The notes beneath the pieces are model-generated. The model was not told where the DNA came from. It made no database searches and was given only the letters and a program-made list of their open reading frames with translations. From a virus (taxonomy: Duplodnaviria > Caudoviricetes), in IMG/VR virus record IMGVR_UViG_642973577_000001, positions 100,603 through 164,602 of that record: a stretch of DNA of 64,000 nucleotides; one strand, written 5' to 3'. Below, piece by piece: positions 1-9,209 of this stretch. Made by a program: the position numbers and the translations under genes. The stretch's first letter is position 1. Each line of letters opens with the position of its first letter.

Positions 1-124
1 CAACGTCGACATCGAGGCCCTCATGGCGGCGGCGCAGAAGGACCCGGAGATCCTGGAGAAGCTGCGCGCCAGCCTCAAGGTCGGCGAGTGGAAGTCGCCG
101 AGCTTCGCGGTCCACAACATCTAG
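1..124 (+). CDS. 3' end of a hypothetical protein (partial)
   Basis: Open frame from base 2 (NVDIEALMAAAQKDPEILEKLRASL...) to TAG at 122-124; high GC3. Confidence 0.75.
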   Translation, partial: NVDIEALMAAAQKDPEILEKLRASLKVGEWKSPSFAVHNI

Positions 125-140
125 GACAAGGACAACGGCT

Positions 141-1091
141 ATGCAGCCAGACCAGGAGACGGTCGAGAGAGAGGACTCGCAGAGTCCACCCGGATACCGG
201 TCCGACGGTGTAGCCAGTCCCGTTCAGCCGATTCCCCGCCACCACGACGGTGGCGGGGTTTCCGCTGTAACGGAGACCGACGTACCCCAGGACGATCTGC
301 GACCCGGCGGCAGCAACTGGAACCCCGAGGCCACCCTGCAGGAGCAGGTGACGATGGCCGAGCGGGTGGCCGCTGCACGCGAGTCGCTCTACCCGTCCGG
401 GCAGCCGACCGATCAGCCCGATGCCTTCCCCGTCGGGCATGAGGATGTGGCCGACGACGCCGACCTCCAGGCCTTCCTGGACCAGGTGGCCAAGGCCGAC
501 GCCAAGCACGAGTCGCCGCCGGTAGCGACCGCGCAGCGCCGTGGCCGCAACCCGCACAGCGTCAAGCGTGGCCAACGCCGCACCGAGGTCAAGGCACCGC
601 CGCCAGCGCCCAAGCTGGACAAGCGCGACCGCCAGATCGAGGACATCAGCGACGAGCAGCTGCTGGCCGACGCGGGCATCGTGCCGTTCTACAGCACCAC
701 CGAGGCCGCGCAGTTCTTCGACAAGACGAACCAGTGGCTGTACTGGGGTCTGCGCAAGGAGGTCAACGGGGAGCCGGTCGAGCCGGTGTTCATCTACCCC
801 GACGGCACCCCGATCGAGCCGGAGCGTGTGGGTGACCCCCGCGAAGGACGTCGGCGCTTCACGCTGCCGATCATCAAGGCCATCCTGCTGAGCAACTACC
901 GACGCGGCAACGTCGAACCGGACGAACTCAAGAAGATCCTCCGGCGCATCCGCATCAACGAGCTGGGCGGCGAGTGGCGCGAGCGCGAGGGCTGGAAGAA
1001 GGTGCGCGGCAAGTGGGTGCACCCGAGTCTGCTGGAAGAGGTCAACGGCAAGTGGGTCAAGAAGAAGGGTGCAGAGGTTGACGCTGGTTAA
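141..1091 (+). CDS. MerR-like HTH DNA-binding protein with disordered N-terminus
   Basis: FYSTTEAAQFF...WLYW...GRRRFTL pattern typical of MerR-type HTH; AAGGA SD. Confidence 0.6.
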   Translation: MQPDQETVEREDSQSPPGYRSDGVASPVQPIPRHHDGGGVSAVTETDVPQDDLRPGGSNWNPEATLQEQVTMAERVAAARESLYPSGQPTDQPDAFPVGHEDVADDADLQAFLDQVAKADAKHESPPVATAQRRGRNPHSVKRGQRRTEVKAPPPAPKLDKRDRQIEDISDEQLLADAGIVPFYSTTEAAQFFDKTNQWLYWGLRKEVNGEPVEPVFIYPDGTPIEPERVGDPREGRRRFTLPIIKAILLSNYRRGNVEPDELKKILRRIRINELGGEWREREGWKKVRGKWVHPSLLEEVNGKWVKKKGAEVDAG

Positions 1092-1722
1092 GGTGGCCCT
1101 GACGGGCACACACGGGGTCGGCAAGACCTTCATCGTCGACAACGTGGCGGCGCTGGCGCTCAACGAGGGCTGGCAGGTCAACATCGTCTACAGCCCCACC
1201 CGGCGGGTGAAGAAGCTGGGTGCGGCCTACGGCATGAAGAACAACATGGACGGCGACTGGCACTTCCAGTGGCACGTCATGAGCCAGACCCAGCTGCGCG
1301 CCTGGGAGGCCGAGGAGTACCTGACCGAGTTCAGCTCCGCCCCCGACGCGCCCAAGCTGATCATCGGCGACCGGTGCCTGTGGGACCCGTGCGCCTACAC
1401 CGCCGACCTGCTGCACCGGATCGCCGCCACGTCGATCGCCAGCGCCGACGCCCACCGCCGGAAGAACCTGCTGGAGGACGTCTACCGGTTGGGTCACCTC
1501 ACCGCCAGCACCGACACCTTCTGGGACCGGGTGTTCTTCAAGCCCCACCACCCCGACCACCTGACCCCCGATCCCGACCGGCTCGACGACCGCGACTACC
1601 AGCTGGCCGTCGAGAAGCGGTTCGAGGAGATCCTGGAGGGCCGCGACGTCGGACGTCTCGACATCGACCGCAACGTCGCTGTCGACGAGCTGTGGAAGTG
1701 GATCAGTGACCAAGCCAGCTGA
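1069..1722 (+). CDS. P-loop nucleotide kinase (thymidylate kinase/AAA_28-like)
   Basis: Walker A GTHGVGKT, IIGDRC..D..AY motif; exact start uncertain. Confidence 0.75.
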   Translation: MQRLTLVKVALTGTHGVGKTFIVDNVAALALNEGWQVNIVYSPTRRVKKLGAAYGMKNNMDGDWHFQWHVMSQTQLRAWEAEEYLTEFSSAPDAPKLIIGDRCLWDPCAYTADLLHRIAATSIASADAHRRKNLLEDVYRLGHLTASTDTFWDRVFFKPHHPDHLTPDPDRLDDRDYQLAVEKRFEEILEGRDVGRLDIDRNVAVDELWKWISDQAS

Positions 1723-2833
1723 TCAGCGCCTCAAGCAGGCCATCGACGAGGTGGTGGACCCGCAGATCGAGGCCCAGCAGACCTACATGCCCTACGTGGC
1801 CGACAAGCCGTTTCCGGTCAGCCGCGCCGACCTGATCTACGTGTGGGACCAGTACGGCACCCAGTACCTGGACTTCACCGCCAGCGCCCTGCCGCTGGGC
1901 CACCGCGATCCCGCGATCCAGTCCGGGTTCAACGAGCAGTGGCAGCAGTACAGCCGCGTCGGCGCGTCCGGGGACCATGTGCTGCGGATGCCGGTCGAGT
2001 ACGCCAAGGCCCTCTCCGACAGCCTCACCTGGCTCGGAGACGACCCGCTGCAGGTCTACTTCACCCCCGACGAGGACAGCGCGTTCAGCGTGGCCATGAG
2101 CCTGGCCCAGCGGGTCACCAACCGGGTGTTCCTGGAGACCAAGACCGACGAGCCGCGCATGTGGGGCGACGTCGCCGCCCTGGTGGTCCACCTGATCGAC
2201 AAGACCGGCAAGCCGGTCTACCCGCCCGCCGTGCAGGCTCAGGCCGACGACGCCCGCCGTTCCGGCGCGTTGGTGATCGTGGACGAGTCCGAGACCGGGT
2301 TCGGTCGCTGCGGCGCGGTGTGGAGCCAGCACCAGTGGGGCATCAAGCCCGACATCACGGTCGTGGGTGGACCGGCGGGTGGAGGCTTCCCGTTCGGTGC
2401 CGTGGTGGCTCCCCGGCGGCTCTGGGAGGTCGCTGAGGGCGAGTTCCGGCGTCAGCACTACGCGGGGCACCCGGTGATCGCCACGGCGGGCCTGAGCGTG
2501 CTCAACCGGCTGACCGAGACGCTGATGGAGAACGTCACCGAGACGGGCAAGACCCTGCACGAGAGCCTCGGCGAGCTGGAGTCCCAGTTCCCCGAGATCC
2601 TGTCCGGGCACCGGGGCGCTGGCCTGTATCAGACCATCGAGACCCACGAGCCGTACCAGGCCGAGCGCCTGGTCGCCGACGCTCGCAGCTACGGACTGTT
2701 GCTCCCCAAGGCAAACGGATGCAGGATCAAGCTGATGCCCCCTCTGGTCATCAGCGAGCTGGAGCTGCGTCGAGCCGTCGACATCATCGCCGGAGCGTGC
2801 CTGGACCAGGCGGAGGATGACGAGACCACGTGA
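1706..2833 (+). CDS. class III aminotransferase-like protein, apparently lacking the PLP lysine
   Basis: YLDF...LGH, IVDESETGFGRCG, PDITVVG..GGGFPFG, GHRGAGL, IKLMPPL motifs. Confidence 0.85.
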   Translation: MTKPADQRLKQAIDEVVDPQIEAQQTYMPYVADKPFPVSRADLIYVWDQYGTQYLDFTASALPLGHRDPAIQSGFNEQWQQYSRVGASGDHVLRMPVEYAKALSDSLTWLGDDPLQVYFTPDEDSAFSVAMSLAQRVTNRVFLETKTDEPRMWGDVAALVVHLIDKTGKPVYPPAVQAQADDARRSGALVIVDESETGFGRCGAVWSQHQWGIKPDITVVGGPAGGGFPFGAVVAPRRLWEVAEGEFRRQHYAGHPVIATAGLSVLNRLTETLMENVTETGKTLHESLGELESQFPEILSGHRGAGLYQTIETHEPYQAERLVADARSYGLLLPKANGCRIKLMPPLVISELELRRAVDIIAGACLDQAEDDETT

Positions 2834-3314
2834 TATGACCTGGGAGAGCCTGGAAGGGGTGAGTGTAATTCCCCCAGCCCCAGAGGAAAGTCCCGTGGCC
2901 CAGTCAGACGTCAATATCGGTCTTCGCAACGATCAGATCTTCCAGCGGTACCTCGTGCGCCGGATCTTCCGGGAGGTCGAGTTCCGCATCGTCGAGACCG
3001 ACGGCACCGAGCACGTCGGCTACATCACCGGGTTCGACGACCGCTGCATCCAGATGTCGATCACGCCCTTGACCGACATCGACGCGCCACGCGCCGTGCT
3101 CGTATTCTGGCCTTTGCGTCGGATCGAGGAGACCGGTGGTAAGGTCGATGACCTGCCGTCGGATCAGCGGCAGGCAATCCGAAGCTATAGCCATGCGCTT
3201 CGGGCGCAGTGCGAGAAGACCCTTGCTCAGCAGGGTAACACCGCAGGTCAGAACGGGAATCGTCGGGCCGAGCAGCGTAACGGGACTTCCCCCGCGTTCA
3301 GCGATGGGCTATAG
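2817..3314 (+). CDS. hypothetical protein
   Basis: ORF overlaps upstream stop; high GC3. Confidence 0.7.
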   Translation: MTRPRDMTWESLEGVSVIPPAPEESPVAQSDVNIGLRNDQIFQRYLVRRIFREVEFRIVETDGTEHVGYITGFDDRCIQMSITPLTDIDAPRAVLVFWPLRRIEETGGKVDDLPSDQRQAIRSYSHALRAQCEKTLAQQGNTAGQNGNRRAEQRNGTSPAFSDGL

Positions 3315-3346
3315 TGTTCCTATAGTCAAATAGAAGGAGCTACTAG

Positions 3347-3736
3347 GTGGCATTCACGGACATCGACCCTCTGGAAGAGGACATGAAGGTCCGGGTCGAG
3401 GACATGTCTCCCGACCAACTCGTGGTCTATCTCAAGGACTGGCAGGAGGCCGTCAACGGCGTCACGATGGCGCTCGACGGCAAGGAGCTGTACATGATGC
3501 GGTGGCTCCAGAAGGTTTACGGCGACGACGCCGGGTTGATCATCAAGTGGGTCTGCTGGAAGCACCGTGGCAAGGACGACCGCAACCAGCTCATCGTGCA
3601 CCGGATGTTCTGCACGAAGATGAAGTGGTGGGTCGACAAGATGCACCAGGAGATGCAGACCGCCAAGCGCCGCGAGGAGGGTCGCCAGACCCAGCGCGAG
3701 CAGATGGCTGACTCCGGCTTCGCGACGAGCCTGTGA
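3347..3736 (+). CDS. hypothetical protein upstream of the helicase loader
   Basis: Strong SD AAGGAG before GTG; coupled to next gene. Confidence 0.8.
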   Translation: MAFTDIDPLEEDMKVRVEDMSPDQLVVYLKDWQEAVNGVTMALDGKELYMMRWLQKVYGDDAGLIIKWVCWKHRGKDDRNQLIVHRMFCTKMKWWVDKMHQEMQTAKRREEGRQTQREQMADSGFATSL

Positions 3737-4560
3737 GCGGACCCGAGACCTACCTGGGCAAGTTCTTCTCCGACGAGGTGCAGGATCGCATCGTCTCGGA
3801 GAACCCGCAGCTCAAGGGTGGGGACCCCACGAAGTACTGTCCGACCTGCGGCACCACCGGCACCTACGTCTGGCAGGGCGAGGAGCACGTGTGCGACTGC
3901 GTGCAGCAGATGCACCTGCACATGCACTACCTGCACTCGGGCATCGGCACCACCTACCAGCGGCTGAACTGGAACGACTACACCGGCCCGACCAACATCG
4001 ACGACCTGGTGGACACCTACGTCGGCAACCACCAGGCCTACGTCAGCCGGGGCGTCGGTCTGTTCTTCACGGGCGACTACGGCACCGGCAAGACGATGGT
4101 GGCCAACCTGATGCTCAAGGAGTTCGTCAAGCGCGGCTACACCTGCTACGCGACGACGTTCGCCCAGATGATCGAGATGTACACCGCCGGGTGGAAGAAG
4201 GCCTCCGAGCAGCGCGTGTTCGAGCGCCGGTTCAAGGAGTCGCAGATCCTGCTGCTCGACGACGTGGGTCGCGACTGGATGATGAGCCAGGAGCTGAACA
4301 AGGCCGGTGGCCGTCGGTCGACGCTGGAGGAGTCCACGTTCGACACCATCCTGCGCACCCGCGTCCAGTACGGGCGACCGACGTTCATCACCACCAACCT
4401 GACCACCGACGACCTCCAGACCAGCTATGGCGGCGCGGTGCTGAGCCTGCTCAAGGAGAAGTCGATCCTGGTCAAGTTCATCGGCGAGGACCATCGGCCC
4501 AAGGCCAACACCCGCGAGCTGGAGGAGATCCGCAAGGGGGAGGTGCGTCCCATTGTCTGA
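3733..4560 (+). CDS. dnaC: DnaC/IstB-like helicase loader ATPase
   Basis: CPTC..CDC zinc motif, Walker A GDYGTGKT, Walker B LLLDDVG, TFITTNL. Confidence 0.9.
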   Translation: MSGPETYLGKFFSDEVQDRIVSENPQLKGGDPTKYCPTCGTTGTYVWQGEEHVCDCVQQMHLHMHYLHSGIGTTYQRLNWNDYTGPTNIDDLVDTYVGNHQAYVSRGVGLFFTGDYGTGKTMVANLMLKEFVKRGYTCYATTFAQMIEMYTAGWKKASEQRVFERRFKESQILLLDDVGRDWMMSQELNKAGGRRSTLEESTFDTILRTRVQYGRPTFITTNLTTDDLQTSYGGAVLSLLKEKSILVKFIGEDHRPKANTRELEEIRKGEVRPIV

Positions 4561-5812
4561 TCTTGAGTCCAAGATGATCGGCAAGATGATCGGCGACCAC
4601 AAGGTGATCGACCGCCTGTGGGGCATGGGTCTGCGCGAGACGGTGTTCGAGGACCCGATCAACCGGGTGATCTTCGAGTGGATCGTCGACTACTGGCAGA
4701 AGGCCTCCATGCAGCTCGCGCCGACGTGGGTGGTCATGGAGACCGAGTTCCCCGGCCAGCGGTTCGAGCACGACGTCGAGGAGTCGACCGAGTGGCTCGT
4801 GAGCGCCCTGCAGCGCCGGTACACGCTCAACCAGGCCCAGGAGATCCTGCTCAGCGCGGGCAAGACGCTGCATGAGGACCCGATCGCCACGCTGAGCAAG
4901 CTGTGGCGGGACGCCCACGACATCACCGAGCGCACGGTCGCCCGGACGTCGCGGGTGGACATGGCCGAGAACATCGAGCAGCGCCGCATGGAGCTGGAGG
5001 CCCGTCGCACGGCGGTCGCCGGAGGCGTGCCGTACGGGTTGCCGATGATCGACGAGCACACCCACGGGCTGCTCGACGGCGAGCTGTGCGCGGTCGCAGC
5101 CTTCACCAAGGTCGGCAAGAGCTGGATGCTCTGTCACAGCGCGATCCAGGCCCACCTGGCGGGCCTCAAGCCGATCGTCTTCACGCTGGAGATGAGCATC
5201 AAGGAGATGACGCACCGCATCGACGCCTTCGCCTCCGGTGTGGGCTACAACCACATCTCCAGCGGCGACATGCTGCCCCAGGACCGCACGCGCCTGCACG
5301 AGGCCCAGGACGCTCTGGCAGCACGCGGGCCGCTTCTGGTGGAGCGCCCGGAGCGCGGCGAGCGGACCGTGAAGTACATGGTGAACCGGGCGCGCCAGGT
5401 CGGCGCGAACGTCATGATGATCGACCAGCTGTCGTTCATGGACGCCGAGGGCCGCTATCAGGGCGACCAGGCGCTGCGGTTCAAGCACGGCGAGATCATG
5501 TTCGACCTCAAGGATGAGATCAGCCGCGAGAGCGCCGGGGCACTTCCATGCATGTTGGCTGTGCAGCTCAACCGCGATAGCCAGCGCGGCGATGGAGGCC
5601 GAGGTCAGCTGCACAATTTCGCCAACTCCAGCTTCATCGAGCAGACTGTAGATGTTGCGTTTGGCCTATGGCGGAATGAAAATATGCGTAACAACAATGT
5701 GATGGGCATCGACACGATGGGAACCCGTCGTGGAGACCGGCAGAACTGGCTCTTGGGCTGGCGTCTGAGCGATCGCACCGAGATCACGGTGCGCGGAGTG
5801 AACGAGGAGTGA
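4553..5812 (+). CDS. dnaB: DnaB-like replicative helicase
   Basis: AAFTKVGKS, FTLEMS, MIDQL, VQLNR, IEQTVD motifs. Confidence 0.9.
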   Translation: MSDLESKMIGKMIGDHKVIDRLWGMGLRETVFEDPINRVIFEWIVDYWQKASMQLAPTWVVMETEFPGQRFEHDVEESTEWLVSALQRRYTLNQAQEILLSAGKTLHEDPIATLSKLWRDAHDITERTVARTSRVDMAENIEQRRMELEARRTAVAGGVPYGLPMIDEHTHGLLDGELCAVAAFTKVGKSWMLCHSAIQAHLAGLKPIVFTLEMSIKEMTHRIDAFASGVGYNHISSGDMLPQDRTRLHEAQDALAARGPLLVERPERGERTVKYMVNRARQVGANVMMIDQLSFMDAEGRYQGDQALRFKHGEIMFDLKDEISRESAGALPCMLAVQLNRDSQRGDGGRGQLHNFANSSFIEQTVDVAFGLWRNENMRNNNVMGIDTMGTRRGDRQNWLLGWRLSDRTEITVRGVNEE

Positions 5813-5991
5813 CTATGAGTGACGGTTGGAAGCTGGCCGCTCTAAAGCGGCGGCGGTCGTTCCTCGGTGATCGGCTGCAGCAGGTCCGTAGTGACGGCCA
5901 GATGCACCACAGGGCCACGAAGTACGACCAGCGGGAGCACGACGCGCTGGAGTGGGCCATTCAGCGTCTGGACACCGAGCAGGCATCGTGA
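5809..5991 (+). CDS. small hypothetical protein
   Basis: Fills the gap between helicase and primase with an overlapping start. Confidence 0.6.
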   Translation: MTMSDGWKLAALKRRRSFLGDRLQQVRSDGQMHHRATKYDQREHDALEWAIQRLDTEQAS

Positions 5992-5994
5992 CCC

Positions 5995-7140
5995 GTGGCT
6001 AAGACCGGCCTGGCGGCGATGAAGGCCGCGAACGTCGACTTCGCCGACATCCATCGTCGGATCGACCCGCAGGCCGTCCTGGACCACTACGGGGCAGAGA
6101 ACCAGTTCGAGCAGACCAACCTGGACGGCACCGTGGAGGTCATCCACAGCTGCCTGGTGGACCGGGTGGACCCGCACCACGCCAACGGCGATCAGAACCC
6201 GTCGGCGGCGTGCAACCTCAACAAGAAGACGTGGGTCTGCTACAGCTACGTCGACCCGGAGACCAACAAGTCCGGGTACGACATGCTGCATCTGATCATG
6301 AAGATGGAAGGCGCGAAGGAGCCTCGCGATGTCATGGATCTGGTCCGAGGATTCCTGGAGGGCGGGACCGCCGAGCCGAACCAGTTCATGGCCAAGCTCA
6401 GCGCCCTGGTTGTGGCTCCCGAGTCGGAGAAGACCGGACCCCCTGTGGTCCGAGGTCTCTCGGAACGCAACCTCGCCCAGTGGGGCTACACCCACCCCTA
6501 CATCGTGGAGCGCGGCATCGACCTGGACACCGCCAGCCGTCTCCAGATCGGCTACGACCCCGACGAGAACCGGATCACGATCCCGCACTTCTGGAATGGG
6601 CGTCTGGTGGGATGGCAGAAGCGGGCTATTCCGAACCGACCAGGAGAGTGGCCTGGCACCGTGCCCGCAGTGCCGAAGTACCGGAGTAGTCCGGGATTCC
6701 CCAAGTCCGAGACACTCTATCGACTCGCTGAGGCGCGAGTTTCTGGGCGAGTGGTCGTCGTCGAGTCCCCCTTCTCGGTCATCAAGGCCGAGGCCCTGGG
6801 AGTACCGGGAGTCACGGCGACGTTCGGCGCGAAGATCACCGACCACCAGCTCGATCTACTGAAAGGCGTCGATGACCTCGTAGTATGGATGGATGATGAC
6901 GATGCTGGCCGCGCTGCTGAGCGGCGTCTCGTCGCTAATCTCTACCGACACTCTGGCGTTCGTGTGGTCACTCCAGATGACGGTAAAGACCTGGGGGACT
7001 ACACCAGCGCCAGCGACATCCTGACCAAGATCGACCAGGCCACACCCGGCTACGACAAGCTGGTCCAGTACGACCGAGAGAAGGCAGAATGGGCGAGAAG
7101 ATCCCGAGTGTCCGCACCCTCCCGACCGGGGAGAAGGTGA
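5995..7140 (+). CDS. dnaG: DNA primase (Zn-binding plus TOPRIM)
   Basis: C...H...D.NPS...C zinc region, YIVERGI, RITIP, VVVES, WMDDDDAG, KDLGD. Confidence 0.9.
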   Translation: MAKTGLAAMKAANVDFADIHRRIDPQAVLDHYGAENQFEQTNLDGTVEVIHSCLVDRVDPHHANGDQNPSAACNLNKKTWVCYSYVDPETNKSGYDMLHLIMKMEGAKEPRDVMDLVRGFLEGGTAEPNQFMAKLSALVVAPESEKTGPPVVRGLSERNLAQWGYTHPYIVERGIDLDTASRLQIGYDPDENRITIPHFWNGRLVGWQKRAIPNRPGEWPGTVPAVPKYRSSPGFPKSETLYRLAEARVSGRVVVVESPFSVIKAEALGVPGVTATFGAKITDHQLDLLKGVDDLVVWMDDDDAGRAAERRLVANLYRHSGVRVVTPDDGKDLGDYTSASDILTKIDQATPGYDKLVQYDREKAEWARRSRVSAPSRPGRR

Positions 7141-7328
7141 CGCACTACCCCAGCGGCGAGCAGGTCCTGCAGCCGACCAACTCGCTGGCCGACGTGCTCG
7201 GCGAGCAGGAGCAGAACCTGCAGGACGCCAGCCAGGCCCTGGTGGAGGCCAACCTGACCCGAGTGGAGGAGAAGCGTGAGCGACAGGAGAGCGGGACCCC
7301 CGTACCAGCGGACAAATCGCCCGTCTGA
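7089..7328 (+). CDS. small hypothetical protein
   Basis: ATG with AAGG upstream; good codon bias. Confidence 0.55.
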   Translation: MGEKIPSVRTLPTGEKVTHYPSGEQVLQPTNSLADVLGEQEQNLQDASQALVEANLTRVEEKRERQESGTPVPADKSPV

Positions 7329-8046
7329 GTTCTTCGACTCGCGTGATTCTCCATACTCCGCTGGCGTCGGCTTCCCGAGCTGCTGCACAGACCTCGTTCC
7401 TGCCCCTCGAAACACTCGCGATCCCCATGACTACTACCGCGAGCTGGGTGTCGACCCAGGAGCCAGCAAGGCCGAGATCAAGAGCCGTCTGCGGCAGCTC
7501 TACGTCGAGCTGCATCCTGACACGGGTGCTGAGCCAGATCCCGAGCGCCTCAATCGCGTGAAGAACATCGCCGAGGTGCTGCTGGACGACCAGGCGCGGC
7601 TCAAGTACGACAACACCCCTGAGGGCCAGCGGCTGATGGACAAGGTGTACGCCGAGGAGCTGAGCAAGCTGGACCTCCCCCGGACGGCGGCTGCCGCCCG
7701 CGAGGCCCTGCGCCCGCAGAAGGCCTCCCCGTACGGGAAGGTGGGGCGGTTCGACTACTTCTCGGCGGGCCATCGGAGCACAGACCCCCTGTGCGCCCAG
7801 CAGTGGTACCACTACCTTCTGGGCGTGATGGTCAAGGCAAACTACAAGGGCCGTCTGCGGCTGATGCTGTGGGACGGCACCAAGCCTGCGTGGAACGCCG
7901 CGCAGGAGATCCTGATGGTTCCTCGCAGGTGGGAGCCATCGGCACACGCTGCAAATGCTCTAGTCACGAGAGTTATTGGCAGCACAGGTATCTCGAACAT
8001 TTCGGAGGTGTCCCCGGAGCTTCCTACCCATTTGTCCCGAACATGA
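7276..8046 (+). CDS. J-domain (DnaJ-like) protein
   Basis: DYYRELGV...AEIK...LHPD...EVLLD..RLKYD; start uncertain. Confidence 0.85.
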   Translation: MSDRRAGPPYQRTNRPSEFFDSRDSPYSAGVGFPSCCTDLVPAPRNTRDPHDYYRELGVDPGASKAEIKSRLRQLYVELHPDTGAEPDPERLNRVKNIAEVLLDDQARLKYDNTPEGQRLMDKVYAEELSKLDLPRTAAAAREALRPQKASPYGKVGRFDYFSAGHRSTDPLCAQQWYHYLLGVMVKANYKGRLRLMLWDGTKPAWNAAQEILMVPRRWEPSAHAANALVTRVIGSTGISNISEVSPELPTHLSRT

Positions 8047-8128
8047 GGTAGTGTTCATCACGCAGCACCAACCACATGAGTAACAAGGGCTACGGCCAAC
8101 CATTTTCTAAGAGAGAGCAAACACAGCC

Positions 8129-9058
8129 ATGGCAAAGACTGGTCTCAAGGCCATCAACGACGCAATCGCCGAATCCGCCAAGGGTGGCGGCGGTTTCTCC
8201 GGTCGACTGGGGTACTTCAACCTCAAGGCCGACGAGAGCATCGCGCTCCGGTTCCTGACCGACGTGGACGACATCCTCACCGTCGACTTCTACGAGTTCA
8301 TTCAGGACAACAAGGGCAAGCCGCAGAACTTCGTGGTCCGCCCCGATCTGCTCGACGACCCCAACGCCGAGGACTACGTGCTGACCTACGGCGGTCAGCA
8401 GAAGGACTACGGCAGCTCCGACCTCACCGAGCCGACGCCCAAGACGCGCACCGTCGCGCTGGCCGTCGTCCAGAAGGAGGTCGTGACCCAGGGCGATAAC
8501 GGTCGCAAGATCGTCACCTACGAGGACGAGTGGGTCGACATCGAGACCAAGAACGGCACCTTCGAGGGTCGCCAGTTCATCATCGTCAAGCAGGCCTACA
8601 AGAACTTCTGGTCGCCGCTGGTCTCGCACTACGACGAGAACGGCACCCTCTGCGACCGGGTGTACAAGATCAAGCGCAACGGCAAGGGCACCGACACCAA
8701 CTACTCCTTCATGGAGAAGGCCGTCGACCCCGACTGGAACCACGACGGCTCCAGCTACAAGGAGCTGCAGCAGCGGTACGGCTACGGCACCGACAAGACC
8801 GACGTCCCCGACGACGAGCGGTTCGCCTACTGCCCGCAGACCCTGACCGAGTGGGCCGAGTACATGGCGTCGGAGGACCGGGTGAAGTTCTTCCTCGGTG
8901 ACGCCAGCGAGCGCGAGGAGAAGGAGCAGGCCCGCTCCAGCGACAACGGCAGCAAGACCGGTGACGGCTCGCTGCAGGCCGACGACGACGAGGCTCAGGC
9001 TGCGCCTGCGCCGAAGACCGGCGGCTCGCTGCAGGAACGGCTGGCCAAGCACCGCTAA
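8129..9058 (+). CDS. probable single-stranded DNA-binding protein (gp32-like)
   Basis: Located in the replication module; YFNLK..LRFL and YKIKRNGKGTDTNY patterns; acidic C-terminal tail; very strong codon bias. Confidence 0.6.
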   Translation: MAKTGLKAINDAIAESAKGGGGFSGRLGYFNLKADESIALRFLTDVDDILTVDFYEFIQDNKGKPQNFVVRPDLLDDPNAEDYVLTYGGQQKDYGSSDLTEPTPKTRTVALAVVQKEVVTQGDNGRKIVTYEDEWVDIETKNGTFEGRQFIIVKQAYKNFWSPLVSHYDENGTLCDRVYKIKRNGKGTDTNYSFMEKAVDPDWNHDGSSYKELQQRYGYGTDKTDVPDDERFAYCPQTLTEWAEYMASEDRVKFFLGDASEREEKEQARSSDNGSKTGDGSLQADDDEAQAAPAPKTGGSLQERLAKHR

Positions 9059-9198
9059 GACCCCAACCCCCGCCAGCGCCCTTCTGGATCGTCTCCGGCT
9101 GGGTAGACCTGGTATCCCACACGGGGGAAGCCGACTCACAATCGGTTACGGGCTGGGCCGGGGCAGGAGGGATACCTGCCCCGGTTCCGGGTCTTAGC
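9054..9198 (+). ncRNA. candidate structured RNA between ssb and dnaE
   Basis: 10-bp closing helix GCTAAGACCC/GGGTCTTAGC, internal perfect 10-bp hairpin 9158-9184, small hairpin 9130-9146. Confidence 0.5.
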
Positions 9199-9209
9199 AA
9201 AGGAGTGCC

